Assembly (NCBI GenBank): GCA_951406725.2
Contig: OX597832.1
Span: forward strand, 14,074,001-14,138,000
DNA length: 64,000 bases
From: Octopus vulgaris
Lineage: Eukaryota
Direction: 5' to 3'
Shown here in pieces: positions 41,710 through 55,949 of this stretch; position 1 is the stretch's first letter; every line of letters starts with the position of its first letter. The notes below the pieces were generated by a model that made no database searches, was not told where the DNA came from, and saw only the letters and a list, made by a program, of their open reading frames with translations. The position numbers and the translations under genes were made by a program.

Positions 41710-41765
41710 CAACAGCAACATCAAAATACCTTACACATTAGAACACAGCTTCAAAATTTTCCCAA

Positions 41766-41811
41766 GACACCTGATGAAGGCTGGATGGCTTATCAGCCGA
41801 AACTTTTTGTT
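41766..41811 (+). ncRNA. Hammerhead motif family 1, third copy (intact stem II, mutated cleavage site)
   Basis: GACAC-CTGATGA-a-GGCTG-gatggcttat-CAGCC-GAAAC-TTT-TTGTT. Preceded by (AAT)n at 41621-41706. Confidence 0.65.
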
Positions 41812-41870
41812 AAAAAGAAATATGGTGAGGACAAATATCTGTGAAATGTAAATAAAGTATGTATGTATAA

Positions 41871-41905
<35 letters not shown>

Positions 41906-41988
41906 TGTTTTATTTATATATATATATATATTGTTCGTTTGTTTTCCACCTGCCTTGTCTTTTGTTTATTTTCATAGCTTCCCGTTAT

Positions 41989-42065
<77 letters not shown>

Positions 42066-45000
42066 TATATGTACATATATATATATACAGATGGATAGGT
42101 ATGTAGATAGATTGAGTGAGAGAGTGAGAGATGTATGTATTTTTGAAGAAATAAGTAGTATCTGATAATGTCAGCATGTTGGCAACCATCTTAAGAGTCA
42201 CCGTATTTTTCATAAGCTCATCACTGCTACTGGCAATGGCCTTTCATGCCCTTAAATATTGTTCTTTCCTTCCTTCAATCACGTGATATTTATTCCCATA
42301 ATTGTTTACATATTATAAACCTTTTAATTTAAATTTCTCTGTCCAACGGTACACTGAATTTTTTCTTCTTCTATTTCATAGAAAGGAAAAAAGGATTTTT
42401 CATTCCTTTCTCTGTAAAATCATGTTAGAAAATCAAGATGCGTAATTCGTATATACCATTGAAAATTATTGTATCAAAAATAAGGAAAGGATTCGTCAAC
42501 ATATCCTATGTCATTTAAAAATGAATAACAAAGTCTGAAGTTCAGTTGAAAACAACTTACTTCATTTTCATGCGTTATATTCTGAAGATGTGTGTATAAA
42601 AATTACATATATATACATATATATCCAGCTTTGTGAATTAGTGTGTGTATATTTACATTTGAGTGCGTGCGTGCTGCAGAAACGCCTTATATATACAGAC
42701 AAATATCAAGTGAAATGACAAATTATAACTTGAATGCCGAAAATAGACCAGGATCGAAGTTGAATAATGTCGCCAATCCACGTCTTGCATGCTCAAGGCG
42801 TTCATCCTACGTCGTGCGGGTTTTACCGGACAACAACATGATGGTTGTTAACCCCCCCCCCCCCCCGGAATCATGGACAAGTTAGGTAACTCACACACAA
42901 TCACACATTCCCATCTTAGAGTGAGTAATATCGACGTAGCTTATCAACATCACGTACCGGGCAAGCTTACGTAATTATATTTAATAGAAAACTTAATATA
43001 ATTCGTAGAATAGCGAAATGATTGCTCTCCGATCGTGCATATGCACAAAGACATAAAGGCGCACGCCCACACACATGGCCACACATGTATACATACACAC
43101 ACATGTCTATATATACATATTTAATTCCCTATTCATGTTTTACTTACCAGTCCTAAATTATTCTTAGTAGTGCAAGCTTTACTGTTCATAAAGTATGCGA
43201 GGATATTGCTATTATAAAGCATGTATTACGCAGTCTTTTGCGATATAGTTTCAGTGGAACGTAAGCTATGTGAAACACACTCCAGAATTATACCAGTGTT
43301 TGCCATTCAAACTGCGGCTGATTATATACGTATAAAATTTACTGAAACTGTATTTCTAAAGTTGTTATTTTTCCGTCGTATATCTACAAATTCAGATCCA
43401 GTTTATATCTGAATTCTCTCATTTCTTCCTTACACCGAACTGCAATTTATGCGTATATGCATAGGCATAGAATGTTTTAATATCTTTGAAGGTTTTTTTG
43501 TTATATATCTGCAAATTGGAATTCAGTTTATTTCTGAATCGTCTGTCAATCTTTCTTCTTCGATGCATGCAATATACGTTGTAGGATGTTCTTGCAACTT
43601 AACCAATTCCTGCGCTGCAGATTTTATCAATAATTTTCTTCGTCGTCACTGAAACATCTAAACTATGATCCATACTGTATTTTAATAATATTCGAAGGAT
43701 ATTAATTAACCTTACCAAAGATATAAGAGCCATTGTTGCCCTAATGTCCCCGCTGTACAAATAGCCTGTTTGTTATATTTTCCTGTTTATTAGTTGATAG
43801 TTTGCACTAATATGACATGACGTTAAAAAAATATCCATTATGCTTCAAAGAGTTTCAAACCATGCACTGGCATAAAAATTATGGTTTATCAAATTGAAAT
43901 ACCCTCATGTGAATTTACCCACGATTTTGCAACACAAATTTGTCTGATTTATCTGGAATATTATACATTGTATAAGAAAAATGTACAATAGTCCGAAAGT
44001 AAAATCATAATATGATGTGAACTAACAGTATATATGTAGGCACAATAAAGTGTACTATGTACGTAGATTTAAACAAACACACACATATAAAAAAAAGATA
44101 TTCTTTTCCAATTTTATTACAAAAATATTTTATCAACCGGTCATCTGGAAGTAATTAGTTTGACTATATTGTGGTTATCACTGAATTTACTGATTTTCTT
44201 TTTCTCAGAACGAAGATGCACATAGAAGCCAATTTAATTTGTTTTTCTAAATTATTTTATTTCAAAAATGATAAGACATCAAATGGTGCATCGTGTACGG
44301 ATCACGTTATTGGTATCTGTTCATTCAACAACAATATAATAGTATAGTTAGTTTGTTCATAAATTGTTGACTATCTGTTTTATATATCTTAAACATGTGT
44401 ATCGTACATCTACGGCTACTTAATTGAAACAGCTCTTTTTGATATTATATGAAATCTTACCAGAAAATAAATCTCTTTTTTTAAATAAACCATCATAATT
44501 TACATACGAAAACCAGGCACATCCAGATAGATTAAGATTAATAATGAGATTTAAATGTCTGCTTCATTTCAAGCAATTGTTTACTTTCTAAGTACAATAT
44601 ACTTGTAAATTACAATGAATATTAGGACGCATTTGAACTGTGCGTTATAGGTAAAGTTAATCACCGTTTCTCCACCCTTATTTGAGACCTAACTGACACC
44701 TAACAACCACTAAGTTGTGTGAATTATATTCCTCCATTCAAGCAAATATGAAGGACGGGCGTAACTAATAGATCTAACATTGGGATCGTAGCCAGTATAA
44801 TATTCGGGTACGTGTGTTATAGTTTTAACAATTGCAAAACTATAATCATACTCTATACATATTATTTAAAATTATTATTAATTCAAGTTTGCAAAAACCT
44901 CGCTAAATACTGAAGTTGCAATTCAGTTTTAGACAATGCAATCTTTGGCAATGTCGCAGAAATTTTTCAAAAAATTAGAGCAAAATATATTAAAAGGAAT

Positions 45001-45160
45001 CCCAAAAAACTTTTATGTATCTCCCATCCCAGATTTTACGTAATAATGTGTAGATGAACAATCTATCCAACTATATATCTATCTGTCTCTCAAGCTATCT
45101 ATCTATCTATCTCTCTATCTATTCATCTATCTAACTATCTATCTATCTGTCTATCTATCA

Positions 45161-45252
<92 letters not shown>

Positions 45253-45259
45253 GTCTATG

Positions 45260-45327
<68 letters not shown>

Positions 45328-45633
45328 GTATTGGCTGTCGTCGCTTTCGTCTGTGTAAGTGCAAACAATTTCTCGTGTTACGTACATTTATATTGAATTT
45401 TTTTTGAAAACATGGTTAACAACATCTGCTTTCGCTGGAGCGAAACTCTCACATGAAAATTTACCCTGTAAAGGTGTATTTTCGAAATTTAAATTTCATA
45501 ATTTTTTTTTTTCTATCTGTGCTGATAAGTGAATAGCTTTTCTGAGCATGCCAATGTTCTCGTGTCCCCATTAGACATGAATGCTTTTCCCCCACTGACA
45601 AACACTACAGGAAAGAAATAAAGCCTAAATTCA

Positions 45634-45711
<78 letters not shown>

Positions 45712-45816
45712 TAGATAGATAGATAAATAGATATAACAGACATGCAGACAGACGGACAAATATAAAAGATATTTACATAATATCGAGGTTTCTTTCTTTT
45801 GTTATCTTACCATTTT

Positions 45817-45874
<58 letters not shown>

Positions 45875-47087
45875 TGTGTGCGTGTGTCTCAGAGTAATGC
45901 AAATGGTCGTGCGTACTTTAAAAGTTAATAGTTCTGCATCAGTGATAATCTGAGTATCTATTATTTTTATTCTCTTGTCTATATTCATTAGAGTTTCACT
46001 GTATCTAAACTGCTATCTGAAGGTAGAATTTGGAGATAGCTTTCAGCAAGAGGCTAAAAATATATACAACCAGCTTTTTCTTTCACACGATAACATTGAC
46101 CAATATCACTTTTTAATGCCCAGAGACTAGTCCTTGTCTTGCATACAACTTCCATTCTATATTTGCAGGAAATCGCCATTCATTACGTCGTTCACGCGTC
46201 CGCCGCCCTGACATAGACACATACAAAAAGATTTCAATGTACTTTTGGAGAATCACCTTCATTAAGAAGTTTACATCCGTATATTTCCAAAAGACATATA
46301 TATGATATCAATGCTTATGAATATGGATGTGTGTTGCTGTGTGATTCCATGCGTGAATCCATGTATATTTTCTCGATTGTACATGCATTTAAATACATAC
46401 ACCCACACACGGACAAGAACAAAAACACACACATGTGTATGCATAAGTATGTGTATGTATGTATATATATATATATATATTTTGTATGTATATACGAAAA
46501 AAACCAATAACCTTCCGTCTCAGTAAACCACTATTGTCTCTGAAAACTGCTTTTTATATTTGCTACGGATTTCTTGAAGCTAAGTTTCTTCCTACACCAA
46601 TCCCTTAATCTCACATTTATATTATATATCTGCATGTATATATATTTAGATATATATATATATGTGCACATTTATACCTATATATACTTATATCGACACG
46701 TATACATTTATACATACACACACACACATATATACAGAGAGACAGAGAGTGAAAAAACGCAAAGCTTTCCTTGGACCAGGGGCAGCTGTAAAATAATGAA
46801 TTCTTTTGTCTTTGCTCAGAGCTCTTAGTTCAGGAAAAGTTATAGCTGATATCCTTTTCGCTTCTCTGTGTCCGATAATTACCTTCGATTCAAAACATCT
46901 CGAAATTTATATCCATTTTTTTTTTTTACTTTTTTTTTAAATACAGAAAGTTGATATCAGAAATTAGTATCTGAAATGATACACATGTACCTAAATACTA
47001 TTACCTCCTATTCACTCCTTTCATACATATTTAACATTGTGTTCTGCACCGTATGTATTCTGAGCCGTACACTGCTATGCGTAAGCG

Positions 47088-47154
<67 letters not shown>

Positions 47155-47325
47155 CATATAAATATATGCGTGCGTGATTGCGTGTGCCCGTGCGTGTGTG
47201 TCTGTGTGAAAGGAAAATAATGTCTGTGCTTGTATGCTGTGCATATATATGTTCAAACATTCAGGCTTCTATTTACATACCGTTCTATATTTAAGAGATG
47301 AGGAATTATGTACATTATTTACAAT

Positions 47326-47710
47326 GTCAACTGGACTTCACGTTCCTCAGACTTGTCTAGCATGGATGTTTTCTTCTGAGAATACTTCAAAAAGAAGGTT
47401 TACGTCAACAAAGTGAAGGCACTGGTGCAACTGAAGGAGAACATCAATAGAGAAATGAAAGAAGTGGAGTTTGAACTTCTTGAAAGTTTTATGGTGCAAG
47501 TTTCGGAATGAATGCGGACGTGCAAACCCGAAAATGGCTGCCATTTAAGCGTTTTTTTATACGTTATATAATGGTGTTGCAACGCTTGAGTTATTGATAT
47601 TAATTCCCATTATTTACTTTATATTGTATCAAAATTTTATGCATTTATTTGTAAAGTTAAAGAATTTATTAAAAGTTGAAATTCATCAGTTACTTTTGGG
47701 ACAGGGTGTA
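47326..47710 (+). mobile_element. Tc1-like transposon 3' relic
   Basis: NWTSRSSDLSSMDVFF*EYFKKKVYVNK..LVQLKENINREM...CKPENGCHL (WPPRSPDL..DFFLWG..K.KVY pattern). Ends TTTTGGGACAGGGTG-TA. Confidence 0.7.
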
Positions 47711-47924
47711 CAATGTGGCTGTAGGTCGTAATAACCGCGCAACGCGGGGGAGCATTCTTCGTATTAGTTAAATGTATATATAGGTCCTAGGCGGTGTTTT
47801 GGGATATGATATAACTATTTCAATAATTAGATGATATCCGAAAACACTGCCTCACAGCTACATATATTTTAAAGTAATATATCAGCTGAAGTAATATATC
47901 ATCCCTTTCAACAATCATGAAGTT

Positions 47925-48245
47925 GCGTGACTCCCAGTGGTTAGAGCGTCGGACTGACAATGATAATGTAGTGAGCTTGATTTCCTGACTGAACTGTGAG
48001 TTGTGAACATGAGCAAAACATTTTATTTCAGGTTACTCCAGTTCACTTAACAGTAGTCATGAGTTGCGACTGGTGTCAAGCCGTAGTTTTTTTTTTTTTT
48101 TTTTTTGCTTTTCACATCCAATGTCGGTGGTGTGGAGAGGCAGGCTGTTTGACTGCATGGTTGACTGATGGTCTTCCGTAAACAAATCTGTCTTGACTTT
48201 TGCTTTAGAGGGTAACTTTCGAGGTACAATCCCATGGACATTTTA
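47925..48245 (+). mobile_element. Degenerate tRNA-type SINE (family D)
   Basis: CCCAGTGGTTAGAGCGTCGGACT head, degenerate B box, CATGAGCAAAACATTT...CTCCAGTTCACTTAAC core. Confidence 0.55.
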
Positions 48246-49472
48246 TGCTATATCGATAATTAGAAGGATCATATTAATAAATGAGTTTGAAGTAAAAGTC
48301 AGGAAGGCTATTTCTAAAGTATAATACTCTGGTGTTGTAGCAAAACATTGATCAAAGCTCGCATTTGCATCTCTACCCTGCAAATAATCTTGTTAATAAA
48401 ATAAATTGACCTAGATTACTTAGGATATGTGCTAACGACATGAATTTTCAATACACCTCTCCCAACTGCAAACACAATACAGCTTTTATTTTTTGCAGTC
48501 ACAATCATGCTGTATCATCAGTTTTTGTTCTATCGTAACTGTAATGGTGCACCACGTATTTTTCGTGGTACGGATAATGCTTTCTCCGCGTAAAATCATA
48601 CTTATTGCATTTATCCCTCTTCTCCCGTTTTCTTTCTAATACTTAATTTCCTTTACCAGAATATTTGTTCTCCGTAATCGCATCACTGTGGTGGTGCGCA
48701 ATGCATTAGGTTCACCGATTACTAAGAATAGTAATCTTTTGTGGCAATGGTAGCCTAGAGGTTACAATTGCTTATGGTATATAGCGAAACTTTATTACAA
48801 GCATGGAAATACTTCCTGAAAAATAAATACCCATTTGAAATATATCACTTTCGATGAAATTCAAAGAATGATACAGATATGACGCAAATTCATCATAAAA
48901 AGGCAAAGTAAGACTATTGTTCTACCATCATCGGCAAAACAGCAGAATTGCGAGAGAAAGTTTGAAATATGTCAATCAAATCTCAAATACGCAAAACATA
49001 ACATCGTACACAATCAAACGGAAGGCAAAATTCCGGAACAAATAACTTGCCGTTTCGGAAGCATTCCTCTCGCTCTCTCTCTTTCTCTCTCACACTCACC
49101 CATCCTTTCCCTTCCCCTTATCTTCTCTCTCACACTTTTGTGTGCATAGATATGTATATACAAATATATACTTACACACACAAGTGTGTACACAGGCATA
49201 CACATCACATATATATTCGTGCGGTTGTGTCTGCATACGACCACAAAATCACATTTTCGCTATTGTTAAGTAATCTAACAATTTTGCTGATGTATAGCAT
49301 AGTTGTCGAATTGCTAAATTATGTAAAGTGCACATTGTTGCTATCAGATTATCGGGAACTGTGTGTTCAATTTGTATACTACTAATGCATTAATGGCGCA
49401 TTAGTGTTTCATACTTCCTTTTATAACCACACCCTCACGCAGGCTAATACATACTTACTCACACAGACAAAT

Positions 49473-49543
<71 letters not shown>

Positions 49544-49560
49544 ACACACATACATATAGT

Positions 49561-49690
49561 TTCTTTTACTCTTTTACTTGTTTCAGTCATTTTGACTGTG
49601 GCCATACTGGAGCACCGCCTTAATAGTTGAGCAAATCGTCCCCAGAGCTTATTCTTTGTAAGCCTAGTACGTATTATAATTGTCTATTTT
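49561..49690 (-). mobile_element. SINE family A 3' tail fragment
   Basis: CTTTTACTTGTTTCAGTCATTTTGACTGTGGCCATACTGGAGCACCGCC, as in 18498-18545. Confidence 0.75.
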
Positions 49691-50002
49691 GCATGTGTCT
49701 GAAATTGCCAGTTCCCATTTTCATCTTTAAAACGCTTTATATAAAACACCCACAGCATTATACTATTGAAATAGAAATATATAGAAAATAAAACGCACAC
49801 TCAAACACGCATAAACGTTCACTCACAAACATACAGCGGGCACGCACACACACATAAACACGAACTTTCACTTACACACTCACGCACACGTATATATGCA
49901 GGCATATGTGTATAAGAACACACCCTCTTGTCTTTCTGTGTTTGTGTAATTATATATCTATATATATATATATATATAAATATTTTCACGTTTATATATA
50001 TT

Positions 50003-50030
50003 TTTTCACGTTTTATTTACTATCTTATAA

Positions 50031-50079
<49 letters not shown>

Positions 50080-50107
50080 TTATAAGATAGTAAATAAAAC
50101 GTGAAAA
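50003..50107. repeat. Perfect 29-bp inverted repeat flanking (TA)n
   Basis: TTTTCACGTTTTATTTACTATCTTATAAT (50003-50031) and ATTATAAGATAGTAAATAAAACGTGAAAA (50079-50107). Confidence 0.92.
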
Positions 50108-50262
50108 TCAGACAAGGCTGGAATTCCTTTTATTAATATATTCTTCTATACACAATCACACACACCCATATATATATCTATATATATATTTATATTTGTG
50201 CATACGCATACACAAATTTAAATATATGCAAATTACGCATATATATAAATACATATATATAA

Positions 50263-50377
<115 letters not shown>

Positions 50378-50663
50378 TGTATATACCCACATATACATGC
50401 ATGACTATACGGTTTACATGTTGGCTTCAATTCAAGAACGGCGTCACATTTTCGTGGCTTGATAAATAGTTGCTCGCCTATGTATATTTTAAATGTAAAT
50501 TGTTTTTCCAGGGGATTTGCATGATGTATTTTCTTTCATATTTTTATTCTTTCTTCATAATATACACGCACATGTGTATGCTTACATGCAATTACACATA
50601 CATAAATGTATACATTTTTTACATGTGTACATACTTACATAAAACATAGGCATATATGTATAA

Positions 50664-50729
<66 letters not shown>

Positions 50730-51272
50730 GTCTATATATATATATCTGTATATATTTGTGAGTGTGATAAAGAAAATGAAGAATGATAAAGGATAAAAGT
50801 TCCAAAGACAAGCAACATGTTATAAAACCCAGAGCAACAATTTGCATTTAAAATAAAAAATACACATATACTAGTAGCTATTTATCAAACAGCGAAAACG
50901 TGACGCCCTTAAGGATTTCTAACCAAAATGTAATCCATTTCGTTCGAAGGAATGTCAACCTATACAAACACATGTGGAATCATCAGCAAAATTCTAAATA
51001 CAACACTGTGTTGCTAAACACGAATCCATGGAGCCAAAGTTATGTTTCCTCTGATTAGGGAAAATGTTTATGGTTTACAACGCTTTCAAAAATGGAGATA
51101 CGCATTGTAGTTATGTTTGTGGCCTTGTACTCCTCTGTAATCGCGCTCATTCACTGAGAAATTTACATAAAATCTCCCCTGTTATGAGTGTGCGTGTGTA
51201 TGTGTGTGTGTGTGTATATACACACACGTGCACATACATATATAATACATTTATATAATACATGTGTGTTTC

Positions 51273-51402
<130 letters not shown>

Positions 51403-52103
51403 CATATACACGAACACACACACATATATGTGTGTTTTTGGACGTCTTAAGACATATGTTAAGAAACATATGGACGTCTTAATTGGACGTCTTAAGACAT
51501 ATGTTAAGAAAGTTCATAGGTAGTACCTGTTTCTCCTGCCAAACAGCACAGTTGTGCAGTATGCAATAGAATATGTAAATCTTTGGTTGGGCTTACAAGT
51601 CATATAAGACTATCATATGGCATGAATAGCGAATAATTTCAGTAATTCTTTTCACGTACACTCACACACACACGACTCAGATGCAACTGAAGTCTGAAAC
51701 ACATGACCATGTACACACACGTGCATGACACACAACTACACACGTACATGCAGACACACACATACAAAAACGCTAAAGCGAACACACAAACACATGAATA
51801 TGCAGAATAAATACAGACAAACGTACACACATGTATACATGTATATACACATGCATTCATACATACAAATGTGTGTTTATGCGTGCGGACACTGAACCAC
51901 ACGCATGCGCACAAAAAAAAATAATGATCGCTGATAGAGATAAGGACTATTTAAAATGTTGCCAGTTGCAACGAAATTTTGGAAAACATAAATAAGCAAA
52001 TGAGTTGAAATTGAACCGATGAGTGTCTTAAATAATAAGATAATAAAAAATAATAACTCCCTCCAAATACAATAATAATGATGATGATAACGATAATGAT
52101 AAT

Positions 52104-52161
<58 letters not shown>

Positions 52162-52182
52162 TAAAATATATATATATGTATG

Positions 52183-52242
<60 letters not shown>

Positions 52243-52619
52243 AATAATTAGAATAATAATGAAATTATTGTATACACTGCTCAGGTGTACCACGACTTGT
52301 CAAAAGCGCGTATAAAGCATATGCAATAATGTACAAATATCTGGAAATGCTTGCATATGTTTTCTTGCATGTGTATGGAGTGGAGAAAATCATGTGTAGT
52401 TATGGTGAATCTCAGAATGCATAGAAGTCTTGAAGAATGCAGTGCTCCGACAAGTAACATCTGATGCCGGCAGTGTGTTCCATACTTCAGCAACTTTTAG
52501 CGTTAAGAAATGTTTCCGAAAGTCATGGGAGCTGTGCTGTTTTCTGACATTTTAAAAATGTCCACGGGTGTTAGACAAGTGGAGTTTGAACAGGTATCCA
52601 GATTTAATGTTAGTAAGTA

Positions 52620-52678
<59 letters not shown>

Positions 52679-52916
52679 CTATCAAAGGCATGATGTGTGT
52701 GTGTGTGTGTGCGTGTGTGTACGTGATTGTAACTTATGCACGTCCACAAATTAGCACGCATATCGCTCCAATTTTAGGAGGACATTCGTCAAAATCCAGT
52801 CAGTTTCTAATAAAATTATAATTAAAGGACTTACAATGCCTTCTATATCCGTAGCGAACCTGATGTTCGGGACGATCATTTACAGAAATATGAAGAAGAT
52901 TTATGAAATGAGAACA

Positions 52917-53500
52917 AATTTCAGGAATCAGTATTCATTTCATCACTATATTTCTCAACATCGGAATACTTCATAAGAATATACGTAAATATAGATATGT
53001 AGATACAATGAACCGGCCGTTATAATTTGAACTGGCACTAGATTTATCCATAGATTCCCGTTGAAATAATTTCTAACCATTCTTTCATCCATTTGATGAT
53101 TACGATAAATGAAATATATTGACCGTCCATGTATAATAATCTTCTTATATATTTTTTATTTACTAACCACAAAGGTATTAAGTCGATTACATCGACCCCC
53201 AGTGCGTAACTGGTACTTAATTTATCGACCCCGGAAGGATGAAAGGCAAAGTCGACCTCGGCGGAATTTGAACTCGGAACGTAACGGCAGACGAAATACG
53301 GCAACGCATTTCGCCCGGCGTACTAACGTTTCTGCCAGCTCTCCGAAAATCCGACATACAGTTTCATATGATGCCATGCGTTTATATTTACGCTTTATAA
53401 TTCTATAATGTATCTACAAATTTATATTTACATAAATTTTTATGAAGTATTCCGATGTTGAGAAATATAGTGACGAAATGAATTCTGACTCCTAAAAATT
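52917..53500. mobile_element. MITE/fold-back element with ~92-bp inverted arms, containing a nested SINE
   Basis: CACTATATTTCTCAACATCGGAATACTTCATAA (left) and TTATGAAGTATTCCGATGTTGAGAAATATAGTG (right); the flanking arm sequence also matches. Confidence 0.75.
53170..53345 (-). mobile_element. tRNA-type SINE family C
   Basis: Minus strand GAGCTGGCAGAAACGTTAG head, GAGTTCAAATTCC B box, core GTCGACTTTGCCTTTCATCCTTCCGGGGTCGATAAATTAAGTACCAG. Confidence 0.82.
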
Positions 53501-54346
53501 ATATATATACATATATAAGTGTGTGTGCGTGTGTATATGCATACATACAGACTCACGGACATTTAAATATCTGGACTTTTTCCTACACTTTTTTAACTGT
53601 ATTATGCATACCATAATTGAATTCCCCTATCTTCTATATCTATCATCGTCAATTCGTGAAATTATGAGACTTCTCTTGTTCTTTTCGTTTTTCGATGTAT
53701 CTATATATATTCATGTCCATATTTCTTGTTCGCAACCTCACCCGTTTGTCGCTAAGTCTAAGAAAAAACTGTATGCAAACCTAATCCTTTTGATTTCTCT
53801 CCGAATTCTATGTTATTCTTCAGTATCATCCAATCAGTTTACTAGGTGTTTTTCTTTTGTATATGTAACATCACACAAGGAATAAGAAACGAATTTTTTT
53901 TTTTTTGATGATATAAATTTCATGCCGAATTTATTCAAAGCCTAAGTGGAAGAAGCTTAAACAACAGAAATACTGAAATAATGGGTTACTTGAAATTCGA
54001 AAGACAATGGAAAACCAAATAAGGCAGAGGAGAACCGATTTCAATAGATTGTATAATTCGCATGCACAGCTGACGTATTATACGCTTGACAAACGTGAAC
54101 AGAACCGCATTCACTTTCGAAAATATCATATCCACTAAGGACTAACAAACACAATATATTCATTCCATTCAGTGGTATATCAGTTGTGGGGAAATTGGAA
54201 GAGAATTGTCCGCAATAAAATTAATACGACTATGAATAACAAATGCCGAAATATCTTTTGAAGATTTCTGAGTAAAGGAGAAAATACGACGTGTATAAAT
54301 ATACATATATAACAAGAAGTATGAGCTGGCGTGAACAAAGAGGAAT

Positions 54347-54442
<96 letters not shown>

Positions 54443-54552
54443 GCATACATACATATAATTTTGTGCATGTGTGTGTGCAATGCAGATAGATAGATGAATA
54501 TGTATACATACATTAACAAATACGAGCTCACACGCCCACGCACGCACTCACA

Positions 54553-54613
<61 letters not shown>

Positions 54614-55545
54614 TGAGAGAGAGAGAAACATATATATATATGTTTGTGTGAGAGTATGGGTGTGAGTGTATGTGTGTTGTGTGTGAAATGTGTGTGTGTG
54701 TGTGTGCGTTTGAATATTTATGCACGTGAACCCATTTTAAAATAATATTCGATTCTTGAATTCAAATTGCATGTTATTCAATATACGGCAGTATAAACAA
54801 AAAATTTTCCAAAGCAACAATTTTGTGAGTTATTAGACACCTGATACTACGTAATTATTCCCTACCCACAATGTAACACAACATTTGTGACATATTCAAA
54901 TTTTCCTTCGTCATACGCAAAACACCTTCTATAATCATTTGTTCATATGCAGGGAAAGAAGTGATAATTTCATGCCTTTTGTGTCATATATGCACAGCTC
55001 AATGAAGAATAGAAAATGACTCGTTTTAATACAGTTTTACACATGGTGAATAACTTAACGTGGTTTGTGAAAAAAAGTCATTATTTCTCATTTCTCAAAA
55101 TATGTTACAGTTTCAGCCGTTTGCTACAAATACACAATATCAATGATATATGATTTATTGAGGAAGAGCTGCACAAACTATACGTACGTGAGGTGGAAAT
55201 ACAAATATTTCATTAAGTGTCTTAGTGCTTGTGCGATTAGATTCGTCCATCATTGATATTAATATGTGTGAAGCAATATTTCCTTAGTCAATATATTGAC
55301 TCATTCATGTTCACCCGAACGAGGAATTGTTGCTTTCTTAGAATATTTCCAACATCATTTGCTTACAAACACATACGCACACGTACATATATATACGTAC
55401 ACACACACATACACGCGCATGCACATTCACATACACATACGCAGAAACACACGTATGCACTCACGCATACACACACACGCACAAATGCACTCTCATACTA
55501 TTACTCATATATGCATACGCTTATACATATATAAGCATGTTTAGA

Positions 55546-55937
55546 AGCAGGCTTGCTTCTCAAACACATCACACCGGCTCCAGTCCCACTGCGTAGCACC
55601 TTGCCGAACCGTATTCTACAGTAAGCTCGGGCCGGCCAATGCCTTGTGAGTAGATTTGTTAGAAAGAAACTAAAGGAAACCCTTCTTATATCTATATCTA
55701 TCAATCTATTTATTTATTGATCTATATTTCTTTCTTTCTGGCTGTATGCATATATGTATGTATATATCTATGTATCTATGTGTGTCTGTACTAGACAATC
55801 GGTGTTGGTGTGTTTACGTTCCCGTAACTTAGCTGTTCTATCAATGTGGCCAGTGGAATAAGTACTAGATATGATACAAAATAAGAACCGAGGTCAATTT
55901 GCTTGACTTAAACCATTAAAAGCGATGCTCCAGCTGG
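55546..55937 (+). mobile_element. SINE family A copy
   Basis: GCTTGCTT...CAGTCCCACTGCGTAGCACCTTG...GCCTTGTGAGTAGATTTG...GGTGTGTTTACGTTCCCGTAACTTAGC...GATGCTCCAGC. Confidence 0.7.
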
Positions 55938-55949
55938 TGAACCTACATC

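Noticed and set aside
42852-42866. Poly-C run (G-quadruplex potential on the minus strand)
   Set aside because: An isolated homopolymer with no supporting context.
51438-51511. Repeated TGGACGTCTTAAGACATATGTTAAGAAA resembling a CRISPR repeat
   Set aside because: Two full and one partial copy with no unique spacers, no cas genes and a eukaryotic context; a simple local duplication.
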